Assembly (NCBI GenBank): GCA_913020725.1
Contig: CAJWCD010000003.1
Location: 1-61,639, forward strand
Direction: 5' to 3'
Source: an uncultured Pseudomonadota bacterium
GTDB lineage: Bacteria > SAR324 > NAC60-12
DNA: 61,639 bases
The translations under genes and the position numbers were made by a program. Positions 27,976 through 37,899 of this stretch are shown piece by piece (position 1 is the first letter of the stretch; each line of letters begins with the position of its first letter). Below the pieces are notes generated by a model. It was not told where the DNA came from, did not search any database, and saw only the letters and a program-made list of their open reading frames with translations.

Positions 27976-28746
27976 ATGACCGAAGTTTTGTGTGAGCGTC
28001 CAGAAACTGGAATCGCGGTGCTGCGGCTCAACCGTCCGGAAGCCCGGAACGCCCTCAGCCTTTCACTGCGTAAGCAACTCGCCGAACACCTGAACACGTT
28101 GGACGAGAATCCGGATGTGCGGGCGGTGATCGTGACCGGAGACCGCAAGGCATTTGCCGCTGGAGCCGACCTCAAGCTGATGGTGGAGCAATCGCCGATG
28201 GGGATGCACCAACTCCGGCTGGATCGCCTCTGGCAGACGGTTGCCGAGTTCCGGAAACCGCTGATTGCCGCGATCAACGGCTATGCGCTGGGCGGCGGCT
28301 GTGAACTGGCCTTGCACTGTGATATCCTCATCGCCGGACACGACGCGACCTTCGGGCTTCCGGAAATCAAGGTGGGGATCATGCCCGGAGCTGGAGGCAC
28401 TCAGCGGCTGGTGCGCCTCATCGGCAAGCACCGAGCGCTACGGGTGTTGTTGCGTGGCGAGTTGTTTGATGCCGAAACCGCCTACGCTTGGGGGCTGGTG
28501 AGCGAACTGGTGGAGCCGGACGCCGTGGAAGCGACCGCACTCGACTACGCCCGCACGATTTCCGGATTGCCCGCACGAGCAGTGGAATTCATCAAGGAAT
28601 CAGTGCTGCAAGGTGCGGATTTGCCGCTTTCCGCCGCACTCACCCTTGAACGCAAATCGCTCCAACTTCTCTTCGACACCGCCGATCAGAAGGAAGGGAT
28701 GCAGGCGTTCTTGGAAAAGCGCAAACCACAGTTCACAGGAGAGTGA
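27976..28746 (+). CDS. Enoyl-CoA hydratase (crotonase family).
   Basis: AAINGYALGGGCELALHCDILIA. Confidence 0.85.
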   Translation: MTEVLCERPETGIAVLRLNRPEARNALSLSLRKQLAEHLNTLDENPDVRAVIVTGDRKAFAAGADLKLMVEQSPMGMHQLRLDRLWQTVAEFRKPLIAAINGYALGGGCELALHCDILIAGHDATFGLPEIKVGIMPGAGGTQRLVRLIGKHRALRVLLRGELFDAETAYAWGLVSELVEPDAVEATALDYARTISGLPARAVEFIKESVLQGADLPLSAALTLERKSLQLLFDTADQKEGMQAFLEKRKPQFTGE

Positions 28747-28749
28747 GTC

Positions 28750-30264
28750 ATGAGTGTGGAATTTGAGAAAATCATCGTGATTGGTGCCGGAGCTATGGGC
28801 CGTGGCATTGCGCAGGTTGCCACGCAAGCCGGGAGTGTTGTCCGGCTTTACGACATCCAGCCGGAACAGGCTGAAGCGGCTTGGGCTTTTGTGGAGAAGA
28901 TGCTGCGCCGTGCCGCCGAGAAGGGGCGCATGGCGACCGAGGACGCCGAACAGGCGATTGCTCGTGTCACAGTGGCGGAGACTTTGGAAGCCTGCGCCGA
29001 TGCTGATTTGGTGGTGGAGGCGATTGTCGAGAATCTGGAAATCAAGCAGCAACTTTTCCGGACACTGGAATCCGTGGTCTCGCCGGAGTGCGTGCTGGCG
29101 ACGAACACGAGTTCGCTTTCGGTGACACGCATTGCCGCGACGTGCGAGCGTCCGGAGCGGGTGGCGGGCTACCACTTCTTCAATCCCGTCCCACTAATGC
29201 GCGTGGTGGAAGTGGTTCGCGCCCAGCGCACTTCGGCTGCGGTGATCGAGCGGCTGTCTGCCTACGCCAAGCAATTCGGGCACACCCCGGTGATTGCGGA
29301 GGACTCGCCCGGATTCCTCGTCAACCATGCAGGCCGTGGATTGTTTACTGAGGGTTTGCGCATTCTTCAGGAGAGCATCGCCGAACCAGTGGACGTGGAT
29401 CGTGTGATGCGCGAGGTGGCGGGCTTCCGGATGGGACCGTTTGAGTTGCTGGATCTCACGGGTCTCGATGTTTCGGTGCCCGTGATGGAGCAGATTTACG
29501 GGCAGTTTTTTCAGGAACCACGCTTTCGTCCCACACCGCTTGCCGCACGGCGGTTTGCGGCGGGGGTGCTGGGCCGCAAGGTGGGCGAGGGTTTTTACCG
29601 CTATCGGGACGGACAGCAGGAAGCGCTTCCGGAAACGCCTGCACCGGAGTTCACAGGCGGATCGGTTTGGGTCAGCCCGGAAAATCCGGAAGGTGTGGTA
29701 CTCGTGCGGGAATTTCTCGGAAAAATCGGTGTGGCTCCGGAATCCGGAGAGTGCCCTTCCGATGAGGCTCTGTGCCTCGTCACACCGCTTGGCGCAGACA
29801 CCACCACTACCGCACTCGCTCAGTCACTCGCTCCGGAGCGCACGGTTGCAGTGGATGTGCTGTTTGGCTTCAAGGAGCGCTGCACGTTGATGGGCGCACC
29901 GACGCTGCGTTCGGAATACCGGAATCAAGCCCATGCGTTGTTCGCGCAGAACGGTGGCGCGGTCACGGTGGTTCGAGACAGCCCCGGATTCGTGGCGCAA
30001 CGCATTGTGGCGATGATCGTCAACATCGCCTCGGACATCGCCCAGCAGCGCATCGCCACTCCAGAGGACATCAACCAAGCCGTCCGGCTCGGACTCGGTT
30101 ATCCGCAGGGGCCGCTCGACTTGGGGGATTTCGTGGGGCCGCAGCGTATTCTGGCAATTTTGGAGGCGATGCACACATTCTATGGTGATCCTCGCTACCG
30201 TCCCAGCCCGTGGCTCAAGCGTCGCGCGCTGCTGGGGATTTCCCTCAACACTCTGGAATGGTGA
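28750..30264 (+). CDS. 3-hydroxyacyl-CoA dehydrogenase, PaaH-like with a duplicated C-terminal domain, 504 aa.
   Basis: IIVIGAGAMGRGIA Rossmann fold, NTSSLS, and two C-terminal dimerisation-type domains. Confidence 0.8.
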   Translation: MSVEFEKIIVIGAGAMGRGIAQVATQAGSVVRLYDIQPEQAEAAWAFVEKMLRRAAEKGRMATEDAEQAIARVTVAETLEACADADLVVEAIVENLEIKQQLFRTLESVVSPECVLATNTSSLSVTRIAATCERPERVAGYHFFNPVPLMRVVEVVRAQRTSAAVIERLSAYAKQFGHTPVIAEDSPGFLVNHAGRGLFTEGLRILQESIAEPVDVDRVMREVAGFRMGPFELLDLTGLDVSVPVMEQIYGQFFQEPRFRPTPLAARRFAAGVLGRKVGEGFYRYRDGQQEALPETPAPEFTGGSVWVSPENPEGVVLVREFLGKIGVAPESGECPSDEALCLVTPLGADTTTTALAQSLAPERTVAVDVLFGFKERCTLMGAPTLRSEYRNQAHALFAQNGGAVTVVRDSPGFVAQRIVAMIVNIASDIAQQRIATPEDINQAVRLGLGYPQGPLDLGDFVGPQRILAILEAMHTFYGDPRYRPSPWLKRRALLGISLNTLEW

Positions 30265-30271
30265 ATTCGAA

Positions 30272-31183
30272 ATGACTTGGCTGGAAGGGAACAGCGTTGC
30301 GGACAAACACCCCGGAGATCGGTTAGCGGAATTATTGGCGCGTCCGGGAATTCTCCGCACACCGGGAACACACAACGCGCTTTGTGGGCTGCTTGCAAAG
30401 CGAGCGGGTTTCAATGCCCTCTATCTCTCAGGGGCAGCACTCTCGGCATCGCTCGGTCTGCCCGATTTTGGAGTGATGACGCAGGAGGAACTTTGCGCAG
30501 CGGTGCGCTCAATTTACCGAGCCACAGGGCTGCCGATCATTGTGGATGCTGACACGGGTTATGGTGAAGCGCTTAACGTGATGCGGCTGGTCCGGGAACT
30601 GGAAGTTGCAGGCGCGGCGGCGGTGCAGCTTGAGGATCAGGTGCTGCCCAAAAAGTGTGGACACCTCAGCGACAAACGACTCGTTCCTGCAGAAGAAATG
30701 GCCCGCAAAGTAGCCGCCGCCTGCAAAGCTCGAACGCACCTTCGTATCGTGGCCCGCACCGATGCGGCGGCAGACAGTGTGGAGGATGCCATGAGGCGGG
30801 TGAAGCTGTACGAGGATGCTGGAGCCGACATCATTTTTCCGGAAGCCCTCACCGAGGCGGAGCAGTTCCGGACGTTTGCCAACGAACTGCGTGTTCCGAT
30901 TCTGGCGAACATGACTGAGTTTGGACGCACTCCGTACCGCACTGCCGATGAGTTTGCCGAACTTGGTGTCAAGCTGGTGATTTGGCCCGCGTCGTCCCTG
31001 CGCGTGGCGATGAAAGCGGTGGAGGCATTTTACGCAGATCTCGCCGAATCCGGAGAGGCTCGTGGCTGGCTGAACCGGATGCAGACCCGGACGGAGTTGT
31101 ACGACCTGATTGGCTACCACGACTTTGAGACGCTGGACCAAACCATTGCGCAAAGCACACTGCCGGAAAAGCCGGGAGCTTGA
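30272..31183 (+). CDS. prpB: PEP-mutase/isocitrate-lyase family lyase (methylisocitrate lyase PrpB-like). The start is the ATG at 30272.
   Basis: KKCGH signature, EDQV, and a length of about 303 aa. Confidence 0.75.
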   Translation: MTWLEGNSVADKHPGDRLAELLARPGILRTPGTHNALCGLLAKRAGFNALYLSGAALSASLGLPDFGVMTQEELCAAVRSIYRATGLPIIVDADTGYGEALNVMRLVRELEVAGAAAVQLEDQVLPKKCGHLSDKRLVPAEEMARKVAAACKARTHLRIVARTDAAADSVEDAMRRVKLYEDAGADIIFPEALTEAEQFRTFANELRVPILANMTEFGRTPYRTADEFAELGVKLVIWPASSLRVAMKAVEAFYADLAESGEARGWLNRMQTRTELYDLIGYHDFETLDQTIAQSTLPEKPGA

Positions 31184-31373
31184 TTCACCGTTTGGAGTTC
31201 ATTGCACAGAACTGCCACCGATTCCGCTTGATTGTATTTTGTCCTCCGGGGATGATGACACTATCTGGAACGATCCATTTTCCTGGAAAAATCTTTTTAT
31301 TTCAGCAGTATGGCGTTTTCTTTTGTGTGAAGGAAGATCGCTGTGTTGGCATAGTTTCTGCGCTTACTTTAAC

Positions 31374-32312
31374 ATGGGTACTCGGCATCACCGTGTGATC
31401 ATTCTTGGTTCCGGCCCTGCCGGGTTGACCGCTGCCATTTACGTAGCGCGGGCTAACCTGAGTCCGGTGTTGGTTTCCGGCAACGAACCGGGTGGGCAGT
31501 TGATGATCACCACCGATGTGGAGAACTATCCGGGCTATCCGGAGGGAGTGCAAGGTCCAGAGATGATGGACCAGTTCATGGGGCAAGCCAGACGCTTCGA
31601 CACCAAGTTTATCAATGGCGATGTGGTTTCCGTCGATCTGTCCCAGCGGCCGTTTCGGCTGGAGCAGTCCAATGAGGAGTCGCTGACTTGTGAAACCCTC
31701 ATCATCGCCACTGGAGCTTCGGCGCGGTGGCTTGGGCTGGAGTCCGAGCAGCAGTTTAATGGACGCGGCGTCTCGGCGTGCGCGACCTGTGATGGTTTTT
31801 TCTTCCGCAATCAGGATGTCGCCGTCGTGGGTGGTGGGGATACGGCGATGGAGGAAGCCCTCTACCTCGCCAACCTCTGCCGCAGCGTGACAGTGTTTCA
31901 CCGTCGGGACACCCTCCGGGCGAGCCGGATCATGCAAGAGCGGGCGTTCAAGCATGAGAAAATCCGGTTTTTCTGGAACTCCGCCGTTGAGGAGGTTTTG
32001 GGAGACGATTCCGGGATGGCGGGGGTGCGGGTCAAAAATCTGGAGACGAACGCAGTGGCAGAGCATGAGTTCACCGGCCTGTTCGTCGCCATCGGGCACA
32101 CGCCCAACACCAAGTTGTTTGCAGGCCAGCTTGCCATGGACGGAAATGGCTACCTTGAGGTCCGCCCGGGAACGACCTTCACCTCGGTGTCAGGAGTCTT
32201 TGCGGCAGGGGATGTGGCGGATCCCACCTATCGGCAAGCCGTGACCGCAGCCGGAACGGGTTGCATGGCGGCAATTGATGCCGAACGCTGGTTGGCAGAA
32301 CAAGAGCTTTGA
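31374..32312 (+). CDS. trxB: Thioredoxin reductase.
   Basis: GSGPAGLTAAIY, the CATC redox motif, and GGGDTAMEEA. Confidence 0.9.
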   Translation: MGTRHHRVIILGSGPAGLTAAIYVARANLSPVLVSGNEPGGQLMITTDVENYPGYPEGVQGPEMMDQFMGQARRFDTKFINGDVVSVDLSQRPFRLEQSNEESLTCETLIIATGASARWLGLESEQQFNGRGVSACATCDGFFFRNQDVAVVGGGDTAMEEALYLANLCRSVTVFHRRDTLRASRIMQERAFKHEKIRFFWNSAVEEVLGDDSGMAGVRVKNLETNAVAEHEFTGLFVAIGHTPNTKLFAGQLAMDGNGYLEVRPGTTFTSVSGVFAAGDVADPTYRQAVTAAGTGCMAAIDAERWLAEQEL

Positions 32313-32340
32313 AAAATGATTTTTACAAATAGGTTGATCA

Positions 32341-32808
32341 ATGCGAAATTCGATTGTAACGGGCATCGTTGCGGGGCTTGCCGCAATGGTGCTGAGTCTG
32401 CTTTACCTCATCCATTTTCAGGAGGTTAGCCCCGCAGCACTTACGCTCTCAACTCCGGTCCTTTACCTGCTGGCGGCACTGGCGCTAGTGAGTGTGCTCG
32501 TCGTTGCGCGGTTGCAGCGCGTACCCCGCCTCTCAGTCCCCGATGTGGAAACCGGAGCAAGGTTGAAGGGTTTTGTGAAGTGGTTCAACCCCAGCAAGGG
32601 ATTCGGTTTCATCGAACAGGACGGGGGACAGGATTTCTTTGTGCACCAGTCTGAGATCCAGCAAAACGGATTCCGTTTTCTTAACAAGGACGAGCGCGTT
32701 GAGTTTGAAGCCTCGGTCGGAGACAAGGGGCCGATCGCCAAGAACGTGGTGCGGCTTGACGGCTACGAACCGGTCGCGGAAGACTACCAAGTTTCACAAG
32801 CCTCCTGA
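32341..32808 (+). CDS. Cold-shock-domain protein with a predicted N-terminal two-helix membrane anchor, 155 aa. Alternatively it is a plain Csp of about 86 aa using an internal GTG.
   Basis: The C-terminus carries a canonical CSD (GFVKWFNPSKGFGFIEQDGGQDFFVHQSEI). The N-terminus has two hydrophobic stretches (IVTGIVAGLAAMVLSLLYLI and PVLYLLAALALVSVLVV). Confidence 0.55.
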   Translation: MRNSIVTGIVAGLAAMVLSLLYLIHFQEVSPAALTLSTPVLYLLAALALVSVLVVARLQRVPRLSVPDVETGARLKGFVKWFNPSKGFGFIEQDGGQDFFVHQSEIQQNGFRFLNKDERVEFEASVGDKGPIAKNVVRLDGYEPVAEDYQVSQAS

Positions 32809-32830
32809 ACCTGTCTACTCCGAGGATTCC

Positions 32831-34039
32831 ATGAAAAAGGGCAAACTGGTACTCGCCTATTCCGGGGGGTTGGACACCTCCGTGATTTTGCACTGGCTGA
32901 CCACGCAGGGCTACGACGTGGTGGCACTCTGCCTCGATTTGGGGCAGAAGGTGGACGATTTGGACGAAATCCGCCGCAAGGGTGCAACCGCCGGGGCCAG
33001 CAAGGTATTGGTGGAAAATGTGCAGGAGGAGTTTGTGCGGGAATACGTCTTTCCTGCGCTTCAGTGGAACGCGATCTACGAGGGCACTTACCTGCTTGGC
33101 ACGTCGCTCGCTCGTCCCCTGATCTCCAAGAAGCAAATCGAATGCGCGGTGCGCGAAGGGGCCGTCGCCGTCAGCCACGGAGCCACCAGCAAGGGCAACG
33201 ATCAGGTGCGCTTTGAGTTGGGCTACTACGCGCTCAAACCGGACATTGAGATTGTCGCACCGTGGAAGATTCCGGAGTTCTACCAGCGCTATCCCGGACG
33301 CACGGAACTGATCGCTTACGCCAAAGAACACGGCATTCCGGTCAAAGCCACCACCGAGCAGCCGTGGAGTTCCGATGAGAATCTCATGCACATCAGCTTT
33401 GAATCCGGAATGCTGGAAGACCCGTGGCAGGCGCCGCTGGAAGAGATGTTCGAGTTCTCGCAAGCGCCGCAGAACGCTCCGGACGAAGCGCAGGAACTGC
33501 TTGTTGAGTTTGCATCCGGAATCCCGGTCGCGGTCGATGGTGAGGCACTGTCTCCTGCTGCTTTGCTGACCACGCTTAACGAGATTGGCGGACGCCACGG
33601 CATTGGGCGGATTGACATGGTGGAGTCGCGCTTTGTCGGCATGAAAAACCGGGGGGTGTACGAAACTCCGGGAGGGACGATCCTGCACACTGCGCATCGT
33701 GCGATGGAATCCATCACCCTCGATCGTGGGGTCATTAACCTCAAGGACACGCTGATGCCGCGCTTTGCGCAACTGGCGTACAATGGTTTCTGGTTTTCCC
33801 CAGAAATGGAGGTGCTGCTAGAGATGGGCCGTAAGACGCAGAATCGTGTTTCTGGAACCGTGCGTTTGCAACTCTACAAGGGGAACTGTATGGTGACAGG
33901 CCGTAAGTCGCCGAACAGCCTCTACGACGAGGACATGGCGACCATGGAGGCCGATCAGGGGGCCTATGATCCTCGTGACGCGATCGGCTTCATCCGGCTC
34001 AATGCTTTGCCGTTGCGCATCCAAGCCCGGATGCGTTAA
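32831..34039 (+). CDS. argG: Argininosuccinate synthase.
   Basis: LAYSGGLDTS, full length. The start is the ATG at 32831. Confidence 0.9.
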   Translation: MKKGKLVLAYSGGLDTSVILHWLTTQGYDVVALCLDLGQKVDDLDEIRRKGATAGASKVLVENVQEEFVREYVFPALQWNAIYEGTYLLGTSLARPLISKKQIECAVREGAVAVSHGATSKGNDQVRFELGYYALKPDIEIVAPWKIPEFYQRYPGRTELIAYAKEHGIPVKATTEQPWSSDENLMHISFESGMLEDPWQAPLEEMFEFSQAPQNAPDEAQELLVEFASGIPVAVDGEALSPAALLTTLNEIGGRHGIGRIDMVESRFVGMKNRGVYETPGGTILHTAHRAMESITLDRGVINLKDTLMPRFAQLAYNGFWFSPEMEVLLEMGRKTQNRVSGTVRLQLYKGNCMVTGRKSPNSLYDEDMATMEADQGAYDPRDAIGFIRLNALPLRIQARMR

Positions 34040-34076
34040 GGCCCCACGCTCTTTTCTCCATCGCTTTGGAGGCGAC

Positions 34077-34877
34077 ATGAACCCACGGGTACTTTTCCCG
34101 CTACTCACCCTCATCTTTTTCGCCTCCACCTGTGTCCTCGCCTTCCTCTATCTTCAGGACCGCCCGGATCCGCTGCAAACGGAACTCAGCCACGTTGCAA
34201 CCGAGCCGTCGCCGCCGGAACCGCTGATTACTGCGGAAGAACTTCAGCAGTTACGGGAGTTGGCGAACGAGCAGAAGGAACTGAAACTGCTTACGGAACG
34301 CCTTTCTGTCGACCTGAAACTGTCCGGGGATGCGAAGGAGGTGCTGGATCAGATTCAACTGGGACGGCAGGTGGTCCGGGATTTCGAGAAACACTTCCTC
34401 AACCACCCCTTCTTCCTCAAGCAGGGTGGGCTGTTTGCGTACCTGCGCAAGAAGGTGGAACGCTACTTGAACCAGCAGGAAATTCTGCTTGAAGACACTG
34501 GAATTGCACAGGCGGAGGTGGCGCAACTCCGCAAGGATTTGCTCGCCTGGATCGTTGAACGCTCGGACGAGGAGGTGGACGGAGCGGCCCGTTATGCGGC
34601 GTTCTTCTTCGCAGAAACCCTCTACGATCTGCCCCTGAGCCTGCTTGCGTCCCGGCTGGTTCCAGATATCGAGGCCGTGAATTTTGATGAACCGGTGCGG
34701 GTGCAGGAGGTGCGGACCACTGCGATCCGCGATGAAGACGGGGAACTCAACGAGTCCGGCAAGGTTGAACTGGAGCGCTACACGATCGCCCAGCAGTTCT
34801 TCTTTCGGCGTGGGCCCAAGGTGTCGGGGCGGGTGGTCCTATTCTTGAAGTCTTATCTGGCCTACAGCGGCACCTGA
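34077..34877 (+). CDS. Hypothetical membrane-anchored protein with an N-terminal TM segment and a coiled-coil region.
   Basis: MNPRVLFPLLTLIFFASTCVLAFLYL. No homology recognised. Confidence 0.4.
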   Translation: MNPRVLFPLLTLIFFASTCVLAFLYLQDRPDPLQTELSHVATEPSPPEPLITAEELQQLRELANEQKELKLLTERLSVDLKLSGDAKEVLDQIQLGRQVVRDFEKHFLNHPFFLKQGGLFAYLRKKVERYLNQQEILLEDTGIAQAEVAQLRKDLLAWIVERSDEEVDGAARYAAFFFAETLYDLPLSLLASRLVPDIEAVNFDEPVRVQEVRTTAIRDEDGELNESGKVELERYTIAQQFFFRRGPKVSGRVVLFLKSYLAYSGT

Positions 34878-34990
34878 GCCAAACAGTTGCAGGGTTTGTG
34901 TTTTACACAGCAGAACAAATCCTGTATGCTGAATCTAGAGTGCGTGTTCGTCACGTTTTTCTTGCAATCAATCTCTTCTCTAGGAGGGTT

Positions 34991-35689
34991 ATGTTCCAAC
35001 TGAGTCCTCAAAACACCTTGGCGTATGGAGCGGTCCCAGTCGCATCCGTTGCTGTGCAAGATCGTTTGGCCTTCCTCAAGAAGGTCTATGGTCTACTCGC
35101 CGCCTCGCTGTTCACGGCCGCCATCGGAGCCTACATGGGTGCAGGCCCACTGTTTCAAGTGGTGGCCCCGAACATCTTCCTGCTGTTCATTGCCCAGATC
35201 GGCCTCATCTTCTTTGCGTCCTATGCCGCGCAGAAGCCAGGTCTGAACATGGTCGCGTTGTTCAGTTTCACGACCGTCTCCGGACTGACCCTTGGGCCAG
35301 TGCTGGCGATGTATGTGATGGCCGGACGTAGCCACATCATCACCGAGGCCTTCTTGCTGACGGCGCTGATCTTCACGGCCCTGACGCTCTATGTCGTCTT
35401 CTCACGCAAAGACTTCAGCTTCATGTCCGGGTTCTTGTTCACCGGACTGATCATCGTGGTTGTCGGTGGCCTGCTGAATGCGTTGGTCTTCCAAAGTCCG
35501 ATGGGGCAGTTCATGATCTCCGGTGCAGTGGTGTTCCTCTTCAGCGGGTTCATCCTCTATGACACCTCCAACATTCTGCGCAACTACAGCACAGACCAAC
35601 ACGTTAGCGCCACGCTTGCGCTCTACCTTGACGTCCTCAACCTCTTCGTCGCCCTGCTCAGTATCCTTGGGCTGGTCCGCGACGATTAA
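34991..35689 (+). CDS. Bax inhibitor-1 / YccA family membrane protein.
   Basis: Seven predicted TM segments and a BI-1-like C-terminus. An RBS AGGAGGG lies before the ATG at 34991. Confidence 0.7.
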   Translation: MFQLSPQNTLAYGAVPVASVAVQDRLAFLKKVYGLLAASLFTAAIGAYMGAGPLFQVVAPNIFLLFIAQIGLIFFASYAAQKPGLNMVALFSFTTVSGLTLGPVLAMYVMAGRSHIITEAFLLTALIFTALTLYVVFSRKDFSFMSGFLFTGLIIVVVGGLLNALVFQSPMGQFMISGAVVFLFSGFILYDTSNILRNYSTDQHVSATLALYLDVLNLFVALLSILGLVRDD

Positions 35690-35782
35690 GCACTCCCGGA
35701 GTTTTTTTCCGGAATCCTCGGGACTGCCGCTCCCATGTGGAGCGGCACAGGTCCGCGCTCACCTGCAATTTGAACGGATGGC

Positions 35783-37846
35783 ATGAGACGTCTCGGATGG
35801 ACTCTCATCTTGGGATCCCTCGGCATTCCCATCCTGTTGATGCTCGGACTGGGCATCGCCTTTTTGTTGACTTATCAAGAGGCGATCCTCGATTTCCGCA
35901 AAGCCATCGGCGGGATTGAATCCAATACCATCCTTTACGACCGAAACGGCCAGCAGTTTCACTCTTTTCATCGTGGTGAAAATCGACTGGTTGTTTCTCT
36001 TCAACAGATCAGCCGTCCGCTGCAACTCAGCGTTTTGGCGGCGGAGGACACCCGTTTTTTTCAGCATCGCGGGGTGGACACGCGGCGCATCCTCTCTGCA
36101 TTGTGGACGGATTTACTGGAAGGTGGCTGGCGTCAGGGAGCAAGTACGATCACTCAGCAACTCGTCAAGCTGACCCTGCTGACACCGGAAAAAACCCTGA
36201 CCCGGAAAATCCGGGAAGCCGGAATCGCCATCTCTCTGGAGTTGAAGTTCTCCAAGTCGCAAATCCTCGAACACTACCTCAACACCATCTATTTTGGGCA
36301 CGGCAACTACGGGATCGAGCAGGCAGCACGGACCTACTTTGGCCAGAAAGCCAGCGCATTGGGGTTGGCCGAAGCGTCTTTGCTGGCGAGTCTGATCAAA
36401 AAACCGGAGGCCTACCTCCGGATTCCGGATTCGCTCTCGGCGAAGGCCACGCATTTCCCTCCGAAAGCGTTGCAGGAATTGCTGAACCGCCGCCGCCTGG
36501 TGCTGGCGCACTTGCAGGAGTTGGGGTGGGTTGCAGCAGAGGAGGTGCAAAAGGCACTGGCCTCGCCCGTCCGCATGCGGCTCCCCAAGCGTTCCGGAGA
36601 GTTGGGCGCGTACTTTGCCCAGCACGTTGTGCGTTTGTTGCGCAAACGGCATAAGATCGATGAGATTTTTGGTGAGGGCTTCCGAGTGTACACCACGCTC
36701 GATCCTAAGGTGCAACGTGTGGCGGAAGCAGTGATTTACCAAGAGTTCTTTGAGAAGCAGCAACGCCCGGAGCAGGTCGCGTTTGTGAGTCTGGAACCGC
36801 ATACCGGGAAGGTCCGGGCGTTGGTGGGTGGCAAGAATTACTGGACCTCGCAGTTCGATCGTGCGGTGATGGCCAATCGGCAACCCGGTTCGGCCTTCAA
36901 GCCCCTGCTCTATGCAACAGCACTGGAGCGCAGCTTTGTGCCACAGACTTCCTACCTTGACCAGCCCGTGTATTTTGAGGGCGAGACCAGCGAGGGCGAA
37001 CTCACCGTATACGCCCCGCGCAATGCGGACGACAAATATGGCGGAGAGCGCACCCTGACGAACCAATTTGGGGAACCGTACCACGAGGACTACATGACGC
37101 TGGCAAAGGCGTTTGAGCGCTCCGTCAACACTATCGCGGTGCAGGTGCTGCATGATCTTGGCATCCATCAGGTCACGCGGCAGGCGCAAAAGCACGGGAT
37201 CACGATTCGGAGCGAAATGGGGTTGTGTATCGCACTGGGTTGCTCCGGAGTTTCGCTGCTGCAATTGACGGCGGCCTACGCCCCCTTCGTCAACGCCGGG
37301 CGCTACGCCAAGCCCGTCTTCATCACCCGCATTGAGGAGACCTCCGGACGTGTGCTCTACGAATATCAGCCAACCGAACCCAAAACCGTACTGAGTGAGT
37401 GGACGGCGTTCCGGATGCGCTGGATGCTGGAAAACGTGGTGAAGCGGGGCACCGGACGCCGGGCAGGCTGGGAAAACCCGGATCGGCCAATTGGCGGCAA
37501 GACCGGCACAAACACTGCGTCCCGTGATGCTTGGTTTGTCGGGTTCACCCCAGAATTGGTCGCTGGGGTTTGGGTGGGAACCGACGACAACCAGCCGATG
37601 CCCGGAGAAAGCGGCGGGCGCACCCCGGCGCTGCTCTGGCACCGCTTCATGCGCGGGGCGCTGGACACGTTGCCTCAAAGGAAACTGCCGCCGCCGCCCA
37701 ACCACATCATGCGTTCCACCTGTTCCGTTTCCGGACAACTGGCCACCCGGAACTGTCCAGACACCCTGCCCTACCCCTACCTGCCCGGAAACTCCTCGCT
37801 GGAGTTCTGTAACCTGCATCCCGGTTTTCCCCTGAACAGCAACTAA
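35783..37846 (+). CDS. mrcA: Class A penicillin-binding protein (PBP1A-type, transglycosylase plus transpeptidase).
   Basis: Glycosyltransferase-51 motifs (EDTRFFQHRGVD, ITQQLVK) and transpeptidase motifs (SAFKP). Confidence 0.85.
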   Translation: MRRLGWTLILGSLGIPILLMLGLGIAFLLTYQEAILDFRKAIGGIESNTILYDRNGQQFHSFHRGENRLVVSLQQISRPLQLSVLAAEDTRFFQHRGVDTRRILSALWTDLLEGGWRQGASTITQQLVKLTLLTPEKTLTRKIREAGIAISLELKFSKSQILEHYLNTIYFGHGNYGIEQAARTYFGQKASALGLAEASLLASLIKKPEAYLRIPDSLSAKATHFPPKALQELLNRRRLVLAHLQELGWVAAEEVQKALASPVRMRLPKRSGELGAYFAQHVVRLLRKRHKIDEIFGEGFRVYTTLDPKVQRVAEAVIYQEFFEKQQRPEQVAFVSLEPHTGKVRALVGGKNYWTSQFDRAVMANRQPGSAFKPLLYATALERSFVPQTSYLDQPVYFEGETSEGELTVYAPRNADDKYGGERTLTNQFGEPYHEDYMTLAKAFERSVNTIAVQVLHDLGIHQVTRQAQKHGITIRSEMGLCIALGCSGVSLLQLTAAYAPFVNAGRYAKPVFITRIEETSGRVLYEYQPTEPKTVLSEWTAFRMRWMLENVVKRGTGRRAGWENPDRPIGGKTGTNTASRDAWFVGFTPELVAGVWVGTDDNQPMPGESGGRTPALLWHRFMRGALDTLPQRKLPPPPNHIMRSTCSVSGQLATRNCPDTLPYPYLPGNSSLEFCNLHPGFPLNSN

Positions 37847-37870
37847 ATAGAGTTCGTTGAAATTTTTTGA

Positions 37871-37899
37871 TTGACAGTCTGTCTGTCTTCCGGTATTCT
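37871..37899 (+). promoter_or_regulatory. Sigma70-like promoter: TTGACA, a 17-nt spacer, then TATTCT, with an upstream A/T tract. It lies about 390 nt upstream of rpoB.
   Basis: Read directly from the sequence. Confidence 0.35.
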
